A DNA stretch of 63,805 nt, counting the filler, from Salisapilia sapeloensis CBS 127946 (Eukaryota; Protista; Oomycota): NCBI GenBank assembly GCA_023334545.1. It is 4 parts of 4 records of this genome, joined end to end, with 100 filler letters (N's around TTAATTAATTAA, not from the genome) between each part and the next. Parts side by side here need not be neighbours in the genome. Positions count along the whole stretch, not along the records: positions 13,981 to 43,490 come from JAADVB010000227.1; positions 43,591 to 62,642 come from JAADVB010000314.1; 2 more parts are not named here. The stretch is one strand, 5' to 3'. The position numbers were made by a program, and so were the translations under genes. Of this stretch, positions 41,001 through 51,019 are shown one piece after another (position 1 is the stretch's first letter; each line of letters starts with the position of its first letter). The notes beneath the pieces were generated by a model that was not told the DNA's origin, did no database searches, and saw only the letters and a list, made by a program, of their open reading frames with translations.

Positions 41001-42966
41001 CATCGGATATGCCTGCCGTCTCTTGCATAACGGTCTGCAGCGTCACGTCATTAACAGTGCGTCATACGAGACCAAGGCGCGTATTCTAAAGGAGCTAGAC
41101 CGAGTCTTTCATGCTGTGCATGATGATCCGGAGGGAGACGGACATGCGTTGGTGATTGACGGCGCGAGTCTCAATCTTATTCTCCCGGACCCGTTGCTGA
41201 ACTTGCATTTGTTGCGTCTAGCACTTCTATGCAAAGTGGTGATTGCTTGTCGCGTGTCGCCACAGCAAAAGGCTCAGCTAGTGGAACTCGTCAAGGTGAA
41301 TGTCGAGACATCGCATACGTTGGCGATTGGAGACGGCGCGAACGATGTGCCGATGATCCAAGCAGCACATGTCGGTGTGGGCATCAGTGGACAGGAAGGC
41401 ATGCAGGCTGTGAACACGTCGGACTTTGCGCTGGCTCAGTTCCGGTTCCTCGCTCCGCTCTTGCTGACGCATGGTAGATGGAACTATGATCGCATCGCTG
41501 CTTTGGTCGTGTATACGTTCTACAAGAACGTTGCGTACTGCCTGTCCTTGTTCTGGTACACGCTGGCCCAATCCGGATACTCTGGTACGATGGTCTACAC
41601 AGCATTCATCCAGCAAGGTTACAACCTGTTCTTCACCTCTTTTCCCATTGTCATCTTGGCTGTGTTCGACAAGGACGTACCGAGACAATCGACGCTTGAT
41701 TTTCCTGTCTTATACCATCACCAGGCACGTGAGAGGAGTGAGTTCACGTACGCCAAGTTCTGGTACTGGATCGTCATGGGCTTTATCGACTCGGTGCTCA
41801 TCTACTTTGTCTTCCTCGGAGCATCATATACGATCACTGGAGACGGAGGGACGATGCCATTCGAAGTGCTGCAGTCTACAGCATGGACTGTCCTCTGTAT
41901 CGCCGTGAACGCACGTTTCTGTGTAATGGTCCGATCGTGGGATCAGCTGGAAATGTGGGGACTTCTCGTCTCGGTCCTCTTCATCTATCTCGCCCAGTGG
42001 CTCGTGGATGAACTTCCGCTCGGGTATGAGACTGGATCCTTCCCGTGGGTCTTTGGATCAGCAGAGTTCTGGATGGGTCAAATACTCGCTGTTGCTGTCA
42101 TCTTGGCGAAAGACGTCTTTATCGAAACGTACCTCTGTCGCTTCCGACCTTCCTACTTGGACTTAGTTCGAGAGACGACGTTGGCGAGTGACCGGAAGAT
42201 TCAGAAGAGTTTTCAGGACGTCAAAGCCACTGACAATGACGATTCGATTGATTACGTACGTCAGGAGACACCTGCAAACGCACAGCAGGAAGCAGTTCTG
42301 AGAGACGAGGAGAACCAGATGTCTCCTGTAGAAGGACATGAGGCAGCCATACAACGACTGAAGGACGTCCGACCTCCACAACCTTCGTTCCTCACGACGG
42401 AATTAGCTTCGATGATGGACTACCGAGAGCGTCGGATGCATGAAGCTGCTCCTGTGCCTCGATCAGCACCGAGAAGAGCCCCGTTGTATCGCGGCTTTGC
42501 CTTCGAACAGCCGGCGCAAGTGTTCGACTGGATCTTGTCGGGACCTCAGTCGAGAAAGCAGACAGTGGACGCCACTGTACGACAGCGTATTCTTAATTCC
42601 GATGATCCGGTCATCTTTGAGAATGAACGTTATCAACCGTTTTGTGGATTCGGAAGCACCTATCCAGGGTACTTGCTCCCTACGGACCGAAGTCGATGGA
42701 GTGATCGCTCTGGTAAGATCAGCGCCATGGCGATCCCGTTGATGGGTCTCGAGTTGGATCTGGATGTGCCTGGAGCGGATAGCGACGGATGGATATACGC
42801 GAAGGACTTTAAACTCTTCAACGTCAACAAGGTGGAACCGCCGACGGGAGGCATTGGCGGCATCCCGCCTGGACTTGTGCGCAGACGGCAGTGGAAACTG
42901 TCGGACGAGTATCGAGAGAAACTGCGCGATAGTCGCGCGTCAAGTGTGCGGCATACGGTAGTGTAG
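38002..42966 (+). CDS. P4-type ATPase (phospholipid flippase) with C-terminal DysF-like domain
   Basis: YVETKNLDGETNLK, VPITLYV, DKTGTLT phosphorylation site, SSPDEQAL, GDGANDV and QAVNTSDFA; C-tail RGFAFEQ followed by DysF motifs; intronless. Confidence 0.95.
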   Translation: MAKGNGLPFSLTKDTKPPRNNSRLRQTIASPSPFGSGSSFTSVTNADARSQEQRALAFARHQTVETLPQVPPEARLHPLQPSRDLFRTYTESDLNALRTNYYTTGEGSTSDYNRHVGDDYNGPLTPQTPRTPRTPRTPSRTPSSAAIRRRVSNWGYRVFTRPLPRSLRWHANGRNYTRYMTRGNTASLQTRLRKKREPSFNEADEGPGLSASVEDPALVPQRSMSSSVLSMEAWFNSAAETMGYEVKGESSRIVSINGGGPADFKDTEPVVEAPEEEEEEEFASNEIHTYQYTWWSFVPVFLYLQFSKTANLYFLLIGILQLIPSISPTEGVPLQFIPLTIVTVIDALFAAYEDYKRHEADDEANSTKTVAFNRFSSQFETCEWRDLKVGDFIRLENHETVPADVLILAVTPAEGSNAGGAAGVCYVETKNLDGETNLKLREAPSKLSHAMFLNEENADKVGFGYVESEAPNGDINKYSGTMYLDGFRDDDLLSGLENGKERQGMGLNLKNMLLRGSRVRNTKQVYALVVNTGVDCKIMRSSGDGFAVKVSSIDEMTNRQVIMVVILLVIICLIGAIGNQLWSWDDMGASEKSHEMLDDKLTQTAIGAFVYWFTMLASMVPITLYVCITLVKALQGKFMQMDLDMYDPASDSPMLVRNMQLNEQLGQISHVFSDKTGTLTCNIMEFRKCSINGVKYGKGTTAIGRAARMRDDFVGDPVSEEEDDDLDVKEMVENVNFKDASFWQHIGGQSTQSTYIRDFFLHLALCHGVLIEEDEEKHEIKYSASSPDEQALVCGAKYVGFEFVKREPGSVWVKNPEGQVEIYEVLEVFEFDSARKRMTIVVQRRRKDTELRQMTSSDDDEGDEVLILTKGADSALVPRLQSGEEEHVKKTLDHLEAFARDGLRTLVVCSKKLTHYQWQAFHVRYRAAIADMNEVGKLNRGEENLISRLQEEMESDLQLLGATAIEDRLQDGVPETMERLAIAGIGVWVLTGDMEETAINIGYACRLLHNGLQRHVINSASYETKARILKELDRVFHAVHDDPEGDGHALVIDGASLNLILPDPLLNLHLLRLALLCKVVIACRVSPQQKAQLVELVKVNVETSHTLAIGDGANDVPMIQAAHVGVGISGQEGMQAVNTSDFALAQFRFLAPLLLTHGRWNYDRIAALVVYTFYKNVAYCLSLFWYTLAQSGYSGTMVYTAFIQQGYNLFFTSFPIVILAVFDKDVPRQSTLDFPVLYHHQARERSEFTYAKFWYWIVMGFIDSVLIYFVFLGASYTITGDGGTMPFEVLQSTAWTVLCIAVNARFCVMVRSWDQLEMWGLLVSVLFIYLAQWLVDELPLGYETGSFPWVFGSAEFWMGQILAVAVILAKDVFIETYLCRFRPSYLDLVRETTLASDRKIQKSFQDVKATDNDDSIDYVRQETPANAQQEAVLRDEENQMSPVEGHEAAIQRLKDVRPPQPSFLTTELASMMDYRERRMHEAAPVPRSAPRRAPLYRGFAFEQPAQVFDWILSGPQSRKQTVDATVRQRILNSDDPVIFENERYQPFCGFGSTYPGYLLPTDRSRWSDRSGKISAMAIPLMGLELDLDVPGADSDGWIYAKDFKLFNVNKVEPPTGGIGGIPPGLVRRRQWKLSDEYREKLRDSRASSVRHTVV

Positions 42967-43325
42967 AAATTGACAAACTGTATTTACAGCTGAACAAGGA
43001 CTTTTATCAATTTCCTTTGTATTATTTGAAGATCTATAAGTGTTGAATAAGTGAAGCAGACAGATAGACAGGAGAACAGATATCGTGGTAGATACTCCTC
43101 TTGAGCGACTACAATTGCAAAAGACTACTGTTAGTTTGTCTACTTGTGTATATATTATAACAAAATGATCCTTTCTGCAACAATTACGCAATCAAAATCG
43201 TTCCGAGAAGCTACTGACGCAGTAGCTTCAGATACTCGAGCAACATGGTACATTTACGTCACGCGAGGCTTGTAGGCATTGCAAGATCGTTTTCAAGTCA
43301 ATCTAGAGACAAACGCAATTCAGCA

Positions 43326-43490
43326 ATGGCATCAGCAGCCTCGCAACGACTCGGTGAGTCCGAGGTATTCGACCTCGTGTGTGACTACCTTCGCACTCGG
43401 CAGTTCTACAAGGCAGAGGAGACGCTGAGGTCGGAGCGAGAGCATGTGGCCAAGCAGAGCGACTCAGAGACGCAGCGGGCGAACCCGCAG
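43326..43490 (+). CDS. LisH-motif protein, N-terminal fragment truncated by spacer
   Basis: EVFDLVCDYLRTRQFYKAEETLRSE fits the LisH pattern; the rest of the gene is lost in the gap. ATG 43245 is an alternative start. Confidence 0.55.
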
Positions 43491-43590
43491 NNNNNNNNNN
43501 NNNNNNNNNNNNNNNNNNNNNNNNNNNNNNNNNNTTAATTAATTAANNNNNNNNNNNNNNNNNNNNNNNNNNNNNNNNNNNNNNNNNNNN
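43491..43590. other. Artificial contig spacer N44-TTAATTAATTAA-N44
   Basis: Same 100-bp structure as 13881-13980. Confidence 0.97.
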
Positions 43591-43959
43591 GCAACGAGGA
43601 TCCCTGCTGGATCTAGCAATATGTGCATCTCGGCTCTAGAGAGGCATATCTTGCTCATGCTTCCGTGTTCCGTGTAAATGGCACGCTTTCGGTACGCCGT
43701 CGGCCTTGGTGTGGTACAAGGATCCAAGATCGCAGGGCAGATCTCTTCGTCCGTTTGCCCATATGCCTTTATTCGAAGCGTCCAGAATAGATAGAAGTCC
43801 ATTTCAACCAATGGATATGCCCTTAACTATATTTTCCTCCAATGAAAGGCTCTCCATAGGAGCAGTGTGAGCCACTTGGTCAGTTCTCGTTTCGACAGCA
43901 AACGGGAAGGAAAAAGAGAGTTCGTGCCTTGTTTCTGTTGTCCTGGATCTCTCGATAGC

Positions 43960-46900
43960 ATGGCGTCGGCGCAGTTCTCGTACTCGAGCGCTCGTCTTCG
44001 CCGAGTGCAGTACCTCCAATTCGGCGTCTTTAGCCCGGAGGAGGTGCGTGCCATGAGTGTGACGAAACAAACAAAGGTCAACGACCGGATCATCCCGGAT
44101 GGTATCTCGCGCCCCGAGACGTACTTGAACGGCCACCCGGTCGTTGGTGGCATCGGTGATCCGCGCATGGGCACGTGCGACTTTCGCGCGCGCTGCAAGA
44201 CCTGCGACTGTAAGTCAACCTTTCATTTTCTACACAATGCCCTCGATCTATCTTGGAGCATCGAGGCGCGTAGTCGGTGGTCTCCTGTATTTGTGTGTAG
44301 CTACCATGGTAGCATATGCACTGCACGTAGCATGGACCTATGACACCATGGATGATTGCAGTGAATAGCAATTAACATTCTATACGATACCCATAGGCAC
44401 ATACAGTGGCAGTGGTGGCAAAGTGAACGACTGTCCGGGTCACTTTGGGCACGTTGAGCTCGCTCGACCGATGTTCCACATGGGGTTCATGAAGGAAGTG
44501 TTAAAGATCCTCCGATCGGTCTGCTTCCACTGCTCAAAGGTCTTGAGTGACGAGCGAGACCATCGTTTCCGGTCCGCCATGAAGATCAAGAACGGCAAGC
44601 GGCGACTGAAAGCAGTCTATGAGATCTGTAGCAACAAGAGCATGTGTGAGTACGGTGAAGAAGCCGACATGGAGAAAATGCGAGAGGACTTGAACATCGG
44701 ATTGCAGGGTGGACTCGACGACAAGTCTCGCGTGAAAGAAGGCGGGCACGGCGGGTGTGGTGGCCTGCAGCCAAAGTACCGTAAACAGGGCATCCAGCTC
44801 TTTGTAGAATTCCCAGAACAGATGGAAGACGTGCCTGGTTCTGGTGACCGAAAGCAGAATCTACCTGCCGCGAAGGTGCTTTCGATCTTTAAGAACATTT
44901 CAGACGAAGGATGCTTTGCGCTCGGACTAGACCCTCGATGGGCACGACCGGAGTGGCTGCTGCTGACACTTATGCCGGTTCCGCCGCCCCACGTCCGTCC
45001 GTCCGTTGCCATTGATGGTATGGCACGTGGCGAAGACGACTTGACACACAACTTGGCATCAATTGTCAAGGCAAATCTGGCGCTTTTGAATTGCGTTCGG
45101 AAGGGAGAACCGTCCCATATCATTGAGCAGTTTGAGCAGTTGCTCCAGTTCCACCTCGCAACGTTCTTGAATAATGAGCAACCTGGTCTGCCACAGGCAC
45201 AACAGCGGTCTGGTAAGCCGCTTAAGACGCTGCGGCAGCGACTGAGGGGTAAAGAAGGTCGTATCCGTGGTAACTTGATGGGCAAGCGAGTCGACTTCTC
45301 CGCTCGTACGGTCATTACGGCCGATCCTAACATTGATATCGACCAAGTTGGTGTTCCTCGTTCAATCGCTATGAATCTGACCGTCCCGGAACGCGTGACG
45401 CCGTTCAACATGGCGTACATGCACCAGCTGATTTCGAACGGTCCGTTGGAGCATCCAGGTGCCAAGTACATTATCCGAGAGGATGGCAATCGTATCGATC
45501 TGCGGTACATTAAGAACAAGTCGGACTTGGCGCTTAAGTGCGGCTGGATCGTCGAGCGTCACTTGCGAGACGATGACTTGGTCCTGTTCAACCGACAGCC
45601 GTCTCTCCATAAAATGTCCATCATGGCGCATCGAGTCAAGGTATTTGACTGGAGTACCTTCCGACTGAATCTGTCCGTCACATCTCCGTACAATGCCGAT
45701 TTCGACGGAGACGAAATGAATCTGCACGTTCCGCAGAGTCTGACAGCACGTGCCGAAGCGCAGGAGATGATGATGGTCCACAAGGTGATCGTGACGCCAC
45801 AGAACAATCGTCCAGTCATGGGTATCGTCCAGGACTCTTTGCTCGGTGTTCAAAAGTTCACCAAGCGTGATATCTTTGTCAATCGAGATGTCGTCATGAA
45901 CTTGCTCATGTGGGTGGAAGCTTGGGATGGGCGTGTCCCGACGCCTGCGATCCTCGTGCCGAAGAAGGGTCAGTTGGGCAAGTACACGCCGATCTGGACT
46001 GGCAAGCAAGTCTTTTCGAGTATCATTCCGAACATTAATTTCATGGGCTTTGCCTCGACGCACGACTCGAGCGAAAAGTTCTCTGCCTTGGCGCCTCTAG
46101 ACTCCCGTGTGATCGTTCAGAAGGGTGAGCTCTTGGCTGGTATCATTGATAAAAAGGTCATCGGGTCGTCTGCAGGTGGTATCATCCATACGTCCATGCT
46201 GGAAAAAGGACCAGAGGAGACGCGTGTTTTCTTGGCAGCAGTGCAAAAACTCGTGAACAACTGGCTCGTCGCGCGGAGCTTCACGGTCGGTGTGTCGGAC
46301 ACGATTGCCGATGTCAGTACGTTGAAGACGATCGTCGACATCATTACACAAGCCAAGGTCCAGGTGCACGACCTCGTCCAGCGCGGACAGAAGGGCGACC
46401 TCGAGACGCAGCCCGGCCGAACGATGGTCGAGAGCTTCGAGCAGTTGGTGAACAAGGTGCTGAACACGGCTCGAGACCAGGCTGGGCGAGAAGCCCAGGG
46501 TTCGTTGGACGAGACGAACAACATTAAGGCGACGGTTACGTCTGGATCCAAAGGTTCTTTCATTAACATTTCGCAGATCATTGCGTGTGTCGGACAGCAG
46601 AATGTCGAGGGCAAGCGTATTCCGTACGGCTTCAACCACCGGACACTGCCGCACTATGGCAAGGACGACCTCGGACCGGAGAGTCGAGGGTTTGTCGAGA
46701 ACTCGTACCTGAAAGGTCTGACGCCGCAAGAGTTTTTCTTCCACGCCATGGGTGGTCGAGAAGGTTTGATCGATACGGCCGTCAAGACGGCTGAAACAGG
46801 GTACATTCAGCGTCGACTGGTCAAGGCCATGGAGAGTGTCATGGCGAGATACGACGGTACGGTTCGTAACGCCCAGGGCGAAATCATCCAATTCTTGTAC

Positions 46901-49735
46901 GGAGAAGACGGCATGGACGCAGTGTGGGTCGAGAAGCAGCGCTTTGACAGTCATAAGCTCAAGAAGGACAAGTTTGAAAGGAAGTACGTGCTAGATCCGA
47001 CGAGTGACTCGCTTGGATGCATCCCGCACTCGCCTGATCAGTTGTACTTGGAGCCGGAGCTCATTAAGGACATTCGTACGAATCCTCAGACGCAACAGTT
47101 GCTTCGAGACGAACTGGCGCAACTGCAGAGAGACCGAGGGAACTTGCGCGTGATTCTCGCCAGTCGAGGGCAGGGACAGGAAGCAGATAACGCTGCGCAG
47201 ATCCCAGTTAACGTCAAGCGACTGGTGGAGAATGCGCAGCAGCTCTTTAGCGTCGACTTGCAGAAACCGTCAAGTCTCCACCCGAAGACAATCATTGAGG
47301 GCGTGCGAGGGTTGTGCAAACGTATTGTTGTCGTCAAGGGAGACGACGCGCTAAGTGTCGAAGCTCAGGAGAATGCGACGCTCTTCTTCCAGATCTTACT
47401 GCGGAGTACCTTGGCGTCAAAGTGCGTGACGCTTGAATATCGTCTGACGGAAACGGCGTTCGAGTGGCTACTTGGAGAAATCGAGAGTAAGTTCACGAGC
47501 GCGCTGGTGAGTGCTGGCGAGATGGCAGGTGTCGTTGCCGCCCAGAGTATCGGAGAACCGGCGACGCAGATGACGCTGAATACGTTCCATTATGCTGGTG
47601 TGAGTGCGAAGAACGTAACGCTCGGTGTCCCTCGTCTCAAGGAGATTATGAACATTGCGAAGGACGTCCGTACGCCGTCGCTCCAGATCTTCTTGACGCC
47701 CGAGTGTGGTAGCGACGCAGATAAAGCCAAGTTCATCCAGTCGCAGCTTGAGTACACGACGCTCGCGGATGTGACGAAGAGCACTGCGATCTGGTACGAC
47801 CCCGATCCGATGAGCACGGTCATTGAAGAAGACGCCGAGTTCGTCGCGACGTACTATGAGATGCCGGATGAAGACGTACCTGTGGCGCAGTCTCCGTGGC
47901 TGCTGCGAATCGAATTGAATCGAGAGATGATGGCTGATAAGAAGCTGACGATGAGCGAGATTGCGTCGCAAGTCGAGGCAGAGTACGGACAGGACCTGTC
48001 GTGTATCTTTACGGACGATAACGCTGATAAGCTGGTGCTGCGTATTCGCATCATGAGCGACGAGGAGGAAAAGGTACAGCGGAATGGCGAAACGGCCGTG
48101 GGTCAAGAGGACGATACGTTCTTGAAGCGAGTGGAGCATAATATGCTGACACAGATGAAGCTGAGAGGTATCCAGGGCGTCAAGAAGGTGTACATTCGGC
48201 AGGCGAAACCGACGAAATGGTCTGAAGAGGATGGGTTCATCCAGAAGGAAGAGTGGGTGCTAGATACGGATGGAACGAACCTCTTGGACGTCATGTGCTA
48301 TCCGCAGGTGGATGAAACGAGAACGATATCGAATGATATTGTCGAGATCATCCAGGTGCTCGGTATCGAAGCTGTCCGACGAGCGCTCTTGAATGAAATT
48401 CGGCAGGTCATTTCCTTCGATGGAGCTTACGTCAACTATCGACATCTGGCTGTCTTGGCAGACGTCATGACGTTCCGGGGACATCTTATGGCGATTACGC
48501 GGCACGGGATCAATCGCAACGACTCTGGTCCGCTCGTCCGATGCTCGTTCGAAGAGACGGTGGAGATCCTCATGGACGCTGCGATCTTCTCGGAAGGAGA
48601 TCAGCTCACGGGTGTCTCAGAGAACGTCATGCTGGGCCAATTGGCTCCTCTTGGTACGGGACTCATGGATCTTGTCTTAGACGCCAAGAAACTGGCGCAT
48701 GCCATCGAGTACGAGGCGAGCGAGATCCAACAGGTGATGCAGGGACTCGACTCGGAGTGGCGTAGTCCGGACCAAGGAGGAGCGACGCCCATGCACACGC
48801 CATTTGCGTCCACGCCTGGCTTCTCCGCCAGCTCTCCCTTCAGTCCTGGTGGAGGCTCTTTCAGTCCAGCAGCAGGTGCCTTCTCTCCGATGGCGAGTCC
48901 TGCTAGTCCGGGTATGATGGCCAGTCCTGGCTTCAGTCCTGCGTCTCCGGCGCAGAGTCCGGCGAGTCCGCTGAACGCTGCCAGTCCGGCGTACTCTCCC
49001 ATGAGCCCAGCCTACTCTCCGACGTCTCCGGCCTACAGTCCGACGAGTCCGGCATATAGCCCGACGTCTCCTGCCTATTCGCCGACAAGTCCAGCCTACT
49101 CGCCCACTAGTCCGGCGTATTCCCCAACGTCGCCTGCCTATAGTCCTACGAGTCCAGCCTATAGTCCGACTAGTCCGGCCTACAGCCCAACGTCGCCTGC
49201 GTACAGTCCGACCAGTCCTGCTTACAGTCCGACGAGCCCGGCGTATAGTCCGACGTCTCCTGCTTATTCGCCGACGAGTCCAGCCTACTCGCCCACTAGT
49301 CCGGCATACTCCCCAACGTCGCCGGCTTATAGTCCGACATCGCCGGCGTACTCGCCGACGTCGCCGGCTTACTCGCCCACGTCTCCGGCCTACAGTCCGA
49401 CGTCTCCGGCATATAGTCCGACGTCGCCTGCGTATTCGCCTACGAGTCCGGCGTACAGCCCGACGTCTCCGGCATACAGTCCGACAAGTCCAGCGTACTC
49501 TCCGACTAGTCCTGCTTATAGTCCTACGAGTCCGGCATACAGTCCGACCTCGCCTGCGTATTCGCCTACATCTCCAGCGTACTCTCCTACGTCGCCTGCT
49601 TACAGTCCGACATCGCCTGCGTATAGTCCGTCTAGCCCCGAGTACAAGCCAGCAGAAGGCTACGATCCGAGTGCGAGTGGGTATAGTCCGACGATGGAGG
49701 AAGAAGAGAAGAAGGAGGATGTTAAGGAGGAGTAG
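43960..49735 (+). CDS. RPB1: RNA polymerase II largest subunit; exons 43960-44209 and 44397-49735
   Basis: VQYLQFGVFSPEE, CKTCDC...DCPGHFG zinc site, GKRVDFSAR, catalytic NADFDGDEMN and a heptad CTD. Confidence 0.99.
48992..49642 (+). repeat. RPB1 CTD heptad array: YSPMSPA + 29 x YSPTSPA + YSPSSPE
   Basis: 49013-49621 is 609 nt = 29 x 21 nt; units differ only at synonymous sites. Confidence 0.95.
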
Positions 49736-49780
49736 AATATCCTTTGAAACCAATGCAAACTCTTGTTGATTTTTATTTTC

Positions 49781-50791
49781 TTACTCGGTTAATGCTATGG
49801 CCGTCATGAGGCCGATGCCGACGCACATGGCCATCGTCTCTTTCATCGTTTGAAGGAAGGAGCAGTCTTCCAATAGCTCTGGAAGGACACTCGTGCATGC
49901 TATGTAGATGAACCCTCCGGCGGTGAACGGAGAGATCCAGGCAGAACTAGAGTCGCCGGCGCCTTCCATGAGGAGACCGAGTACGCACCCGACCATGGCT
50001 CCAACTGCCGTGAGCAACTGGGTTACCATTGCTTGCTTCCGGGAGAAACCGGACTGGAGGAGGATGGCAAAGTCCCCGATCTCGTGCGGAAGTTCGTGGA
50101 GCAGCATGGCCAATGTGGTCTGCCATCCTGTGCCTCGGAGGAAGGTTGCACCGATGGCTAAGCCGTCGGTAAAGTTGTGCGTAAAGTCGGCAGCTAGGTT
50201 GAGGTATCCTGCTGCTGCGATCGGTGCAGAGGGAGGAGCTTGGTCGTCGTCGTCTTCGGAATCGCTCTGTTTGTCCTTGTGAGTATGATCATGGGCATGA
50301 CCAGTGTGTGCTCGCACGAGCTTTTCCAGGAGCAGGAACGAGATTATTCCCGCTAGTGTATACAGCCATACGGACAAGTCGGATACTGTGTGGCTGTGGT
50401 GTCCATGAGCATGATCGTGATTATGATCTGGAAGCGAGTGCGGTAGCAAATGCAGCATGGCATCGCCCAGCAGTCCTCCCGCTGCAAAGCTTAGAAAGAC
50501 ACGTAGTAGAGGCTGCTGTGTGTGTGCATTCCCTACGCCTAAAGGCACAAACAGCAACACTAGTACAGGTGCAGCGCCCACGAGTGCCGTCGCGAATAAC
50601 GCCTCCGCCCACACATACACGTCGAATCTGTCAATCATTGCGTCCTTGTCCACTCTTTCCCCTTGATGACCATGATTTTCATGGTGGTGGGTATGTCCAT
50701 GGTCATATCCATCATGCTGGTGATGCTCATGCGCAACAACGCAGCATAAAAGCAACGGCAGTACGAAGAACGTGCGAAGGTATCTCTCCAT
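49781..50791 (-). CDS. ZIP (SLC39) zinc transporter, LIV-1/ZIP7-like
   Basis: Signal peptide from ATG 50791; His-rich N-terminus and loop; FAAGGLLGDAMLHLLPH, HNFTDGLAIG and LLHELPHEIGDFAIL. Confidence 0.92.
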   Translation of the reverse strand: MERYLRTFFVLPLLLCCVVAHEHHQHDGYDHGHTHHHENHGHQGERVDKDAMIDRFDVYVWAEALFATALVGAAPVLVLLFVPLGVGNAHTQQPLLRVFLSFAAGGLLGDAMLHLLPHSLPDHNHDHAHGHHSHTVSDLSVWLYTLAGIISFLLLEKLVRAHTGHAHDHTHKDKQSDSEDDDDQAPPSAPIAAAGYLNLAADFTHNFTDGLAIGATFLRGTGWQTTLAMLLHELPHEIGDFAILLQSGFSRKQAMVTQLLTAVGAMVGCVLGLLMEGAGDSSSAWISPFTAGGFIYIACTSVLPELLEDCSFLQTMKETMAMCVGIGLMTAIALTE

Positions 50792-50888
50792 TATCGAACG
50801 CACCTGCCGCTTCGTGAATCGTGGGCAGATTGTTGAAGTTGGGGTGTCCCATCGAATTACTTGCATGGGCGCACCTGGTCCACGCGTC

Positions 50889-50933
50889 GCCAATTTGATT
50901 GGCTGGCGTGCGAACCTGCGAAACTTCGAGATA
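50889..50933. promoter_or_regulatory. Divergent ZIP/Hsp110 promoter: inverted CCAAT pair (50889-50903) and heat-shock-element-like cGAAacTTCgaGAta (50919-50933)
   Basis: GCCAAT-TTG-ATTGGC palindrome; nGAAnnTTCnnGAn with one mismatch, about 90 nt upstream of a heat-shock gene. Confidence 0.5.
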
Positions 50934-51019
50934 AGGAGAGCGATCGTACTATTTAGAGCCATTTCGCCTTCCTCCGATTCGTCTTCAGATCCGAGAGAAG
51001 TCAAAACCTTAGAGCAAGT

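Noticed and set aside
43591-43811. Short minus-strand frame running into the spacer
   Set aside because: No ATG-supported start or motif; may be RPB1 upstream sequence.
49013-49621. Regular 21-nt periodicity as a CRISPR or minisatellite array
   Set aside because: It is coding (CTD heptads), has no spacers, and no cas genes are present.
48677-49753. 358-aa Arg-rich minus-strand ORF
   Set aside because: Antisense shadow of the repetitive RPB1 CTD.
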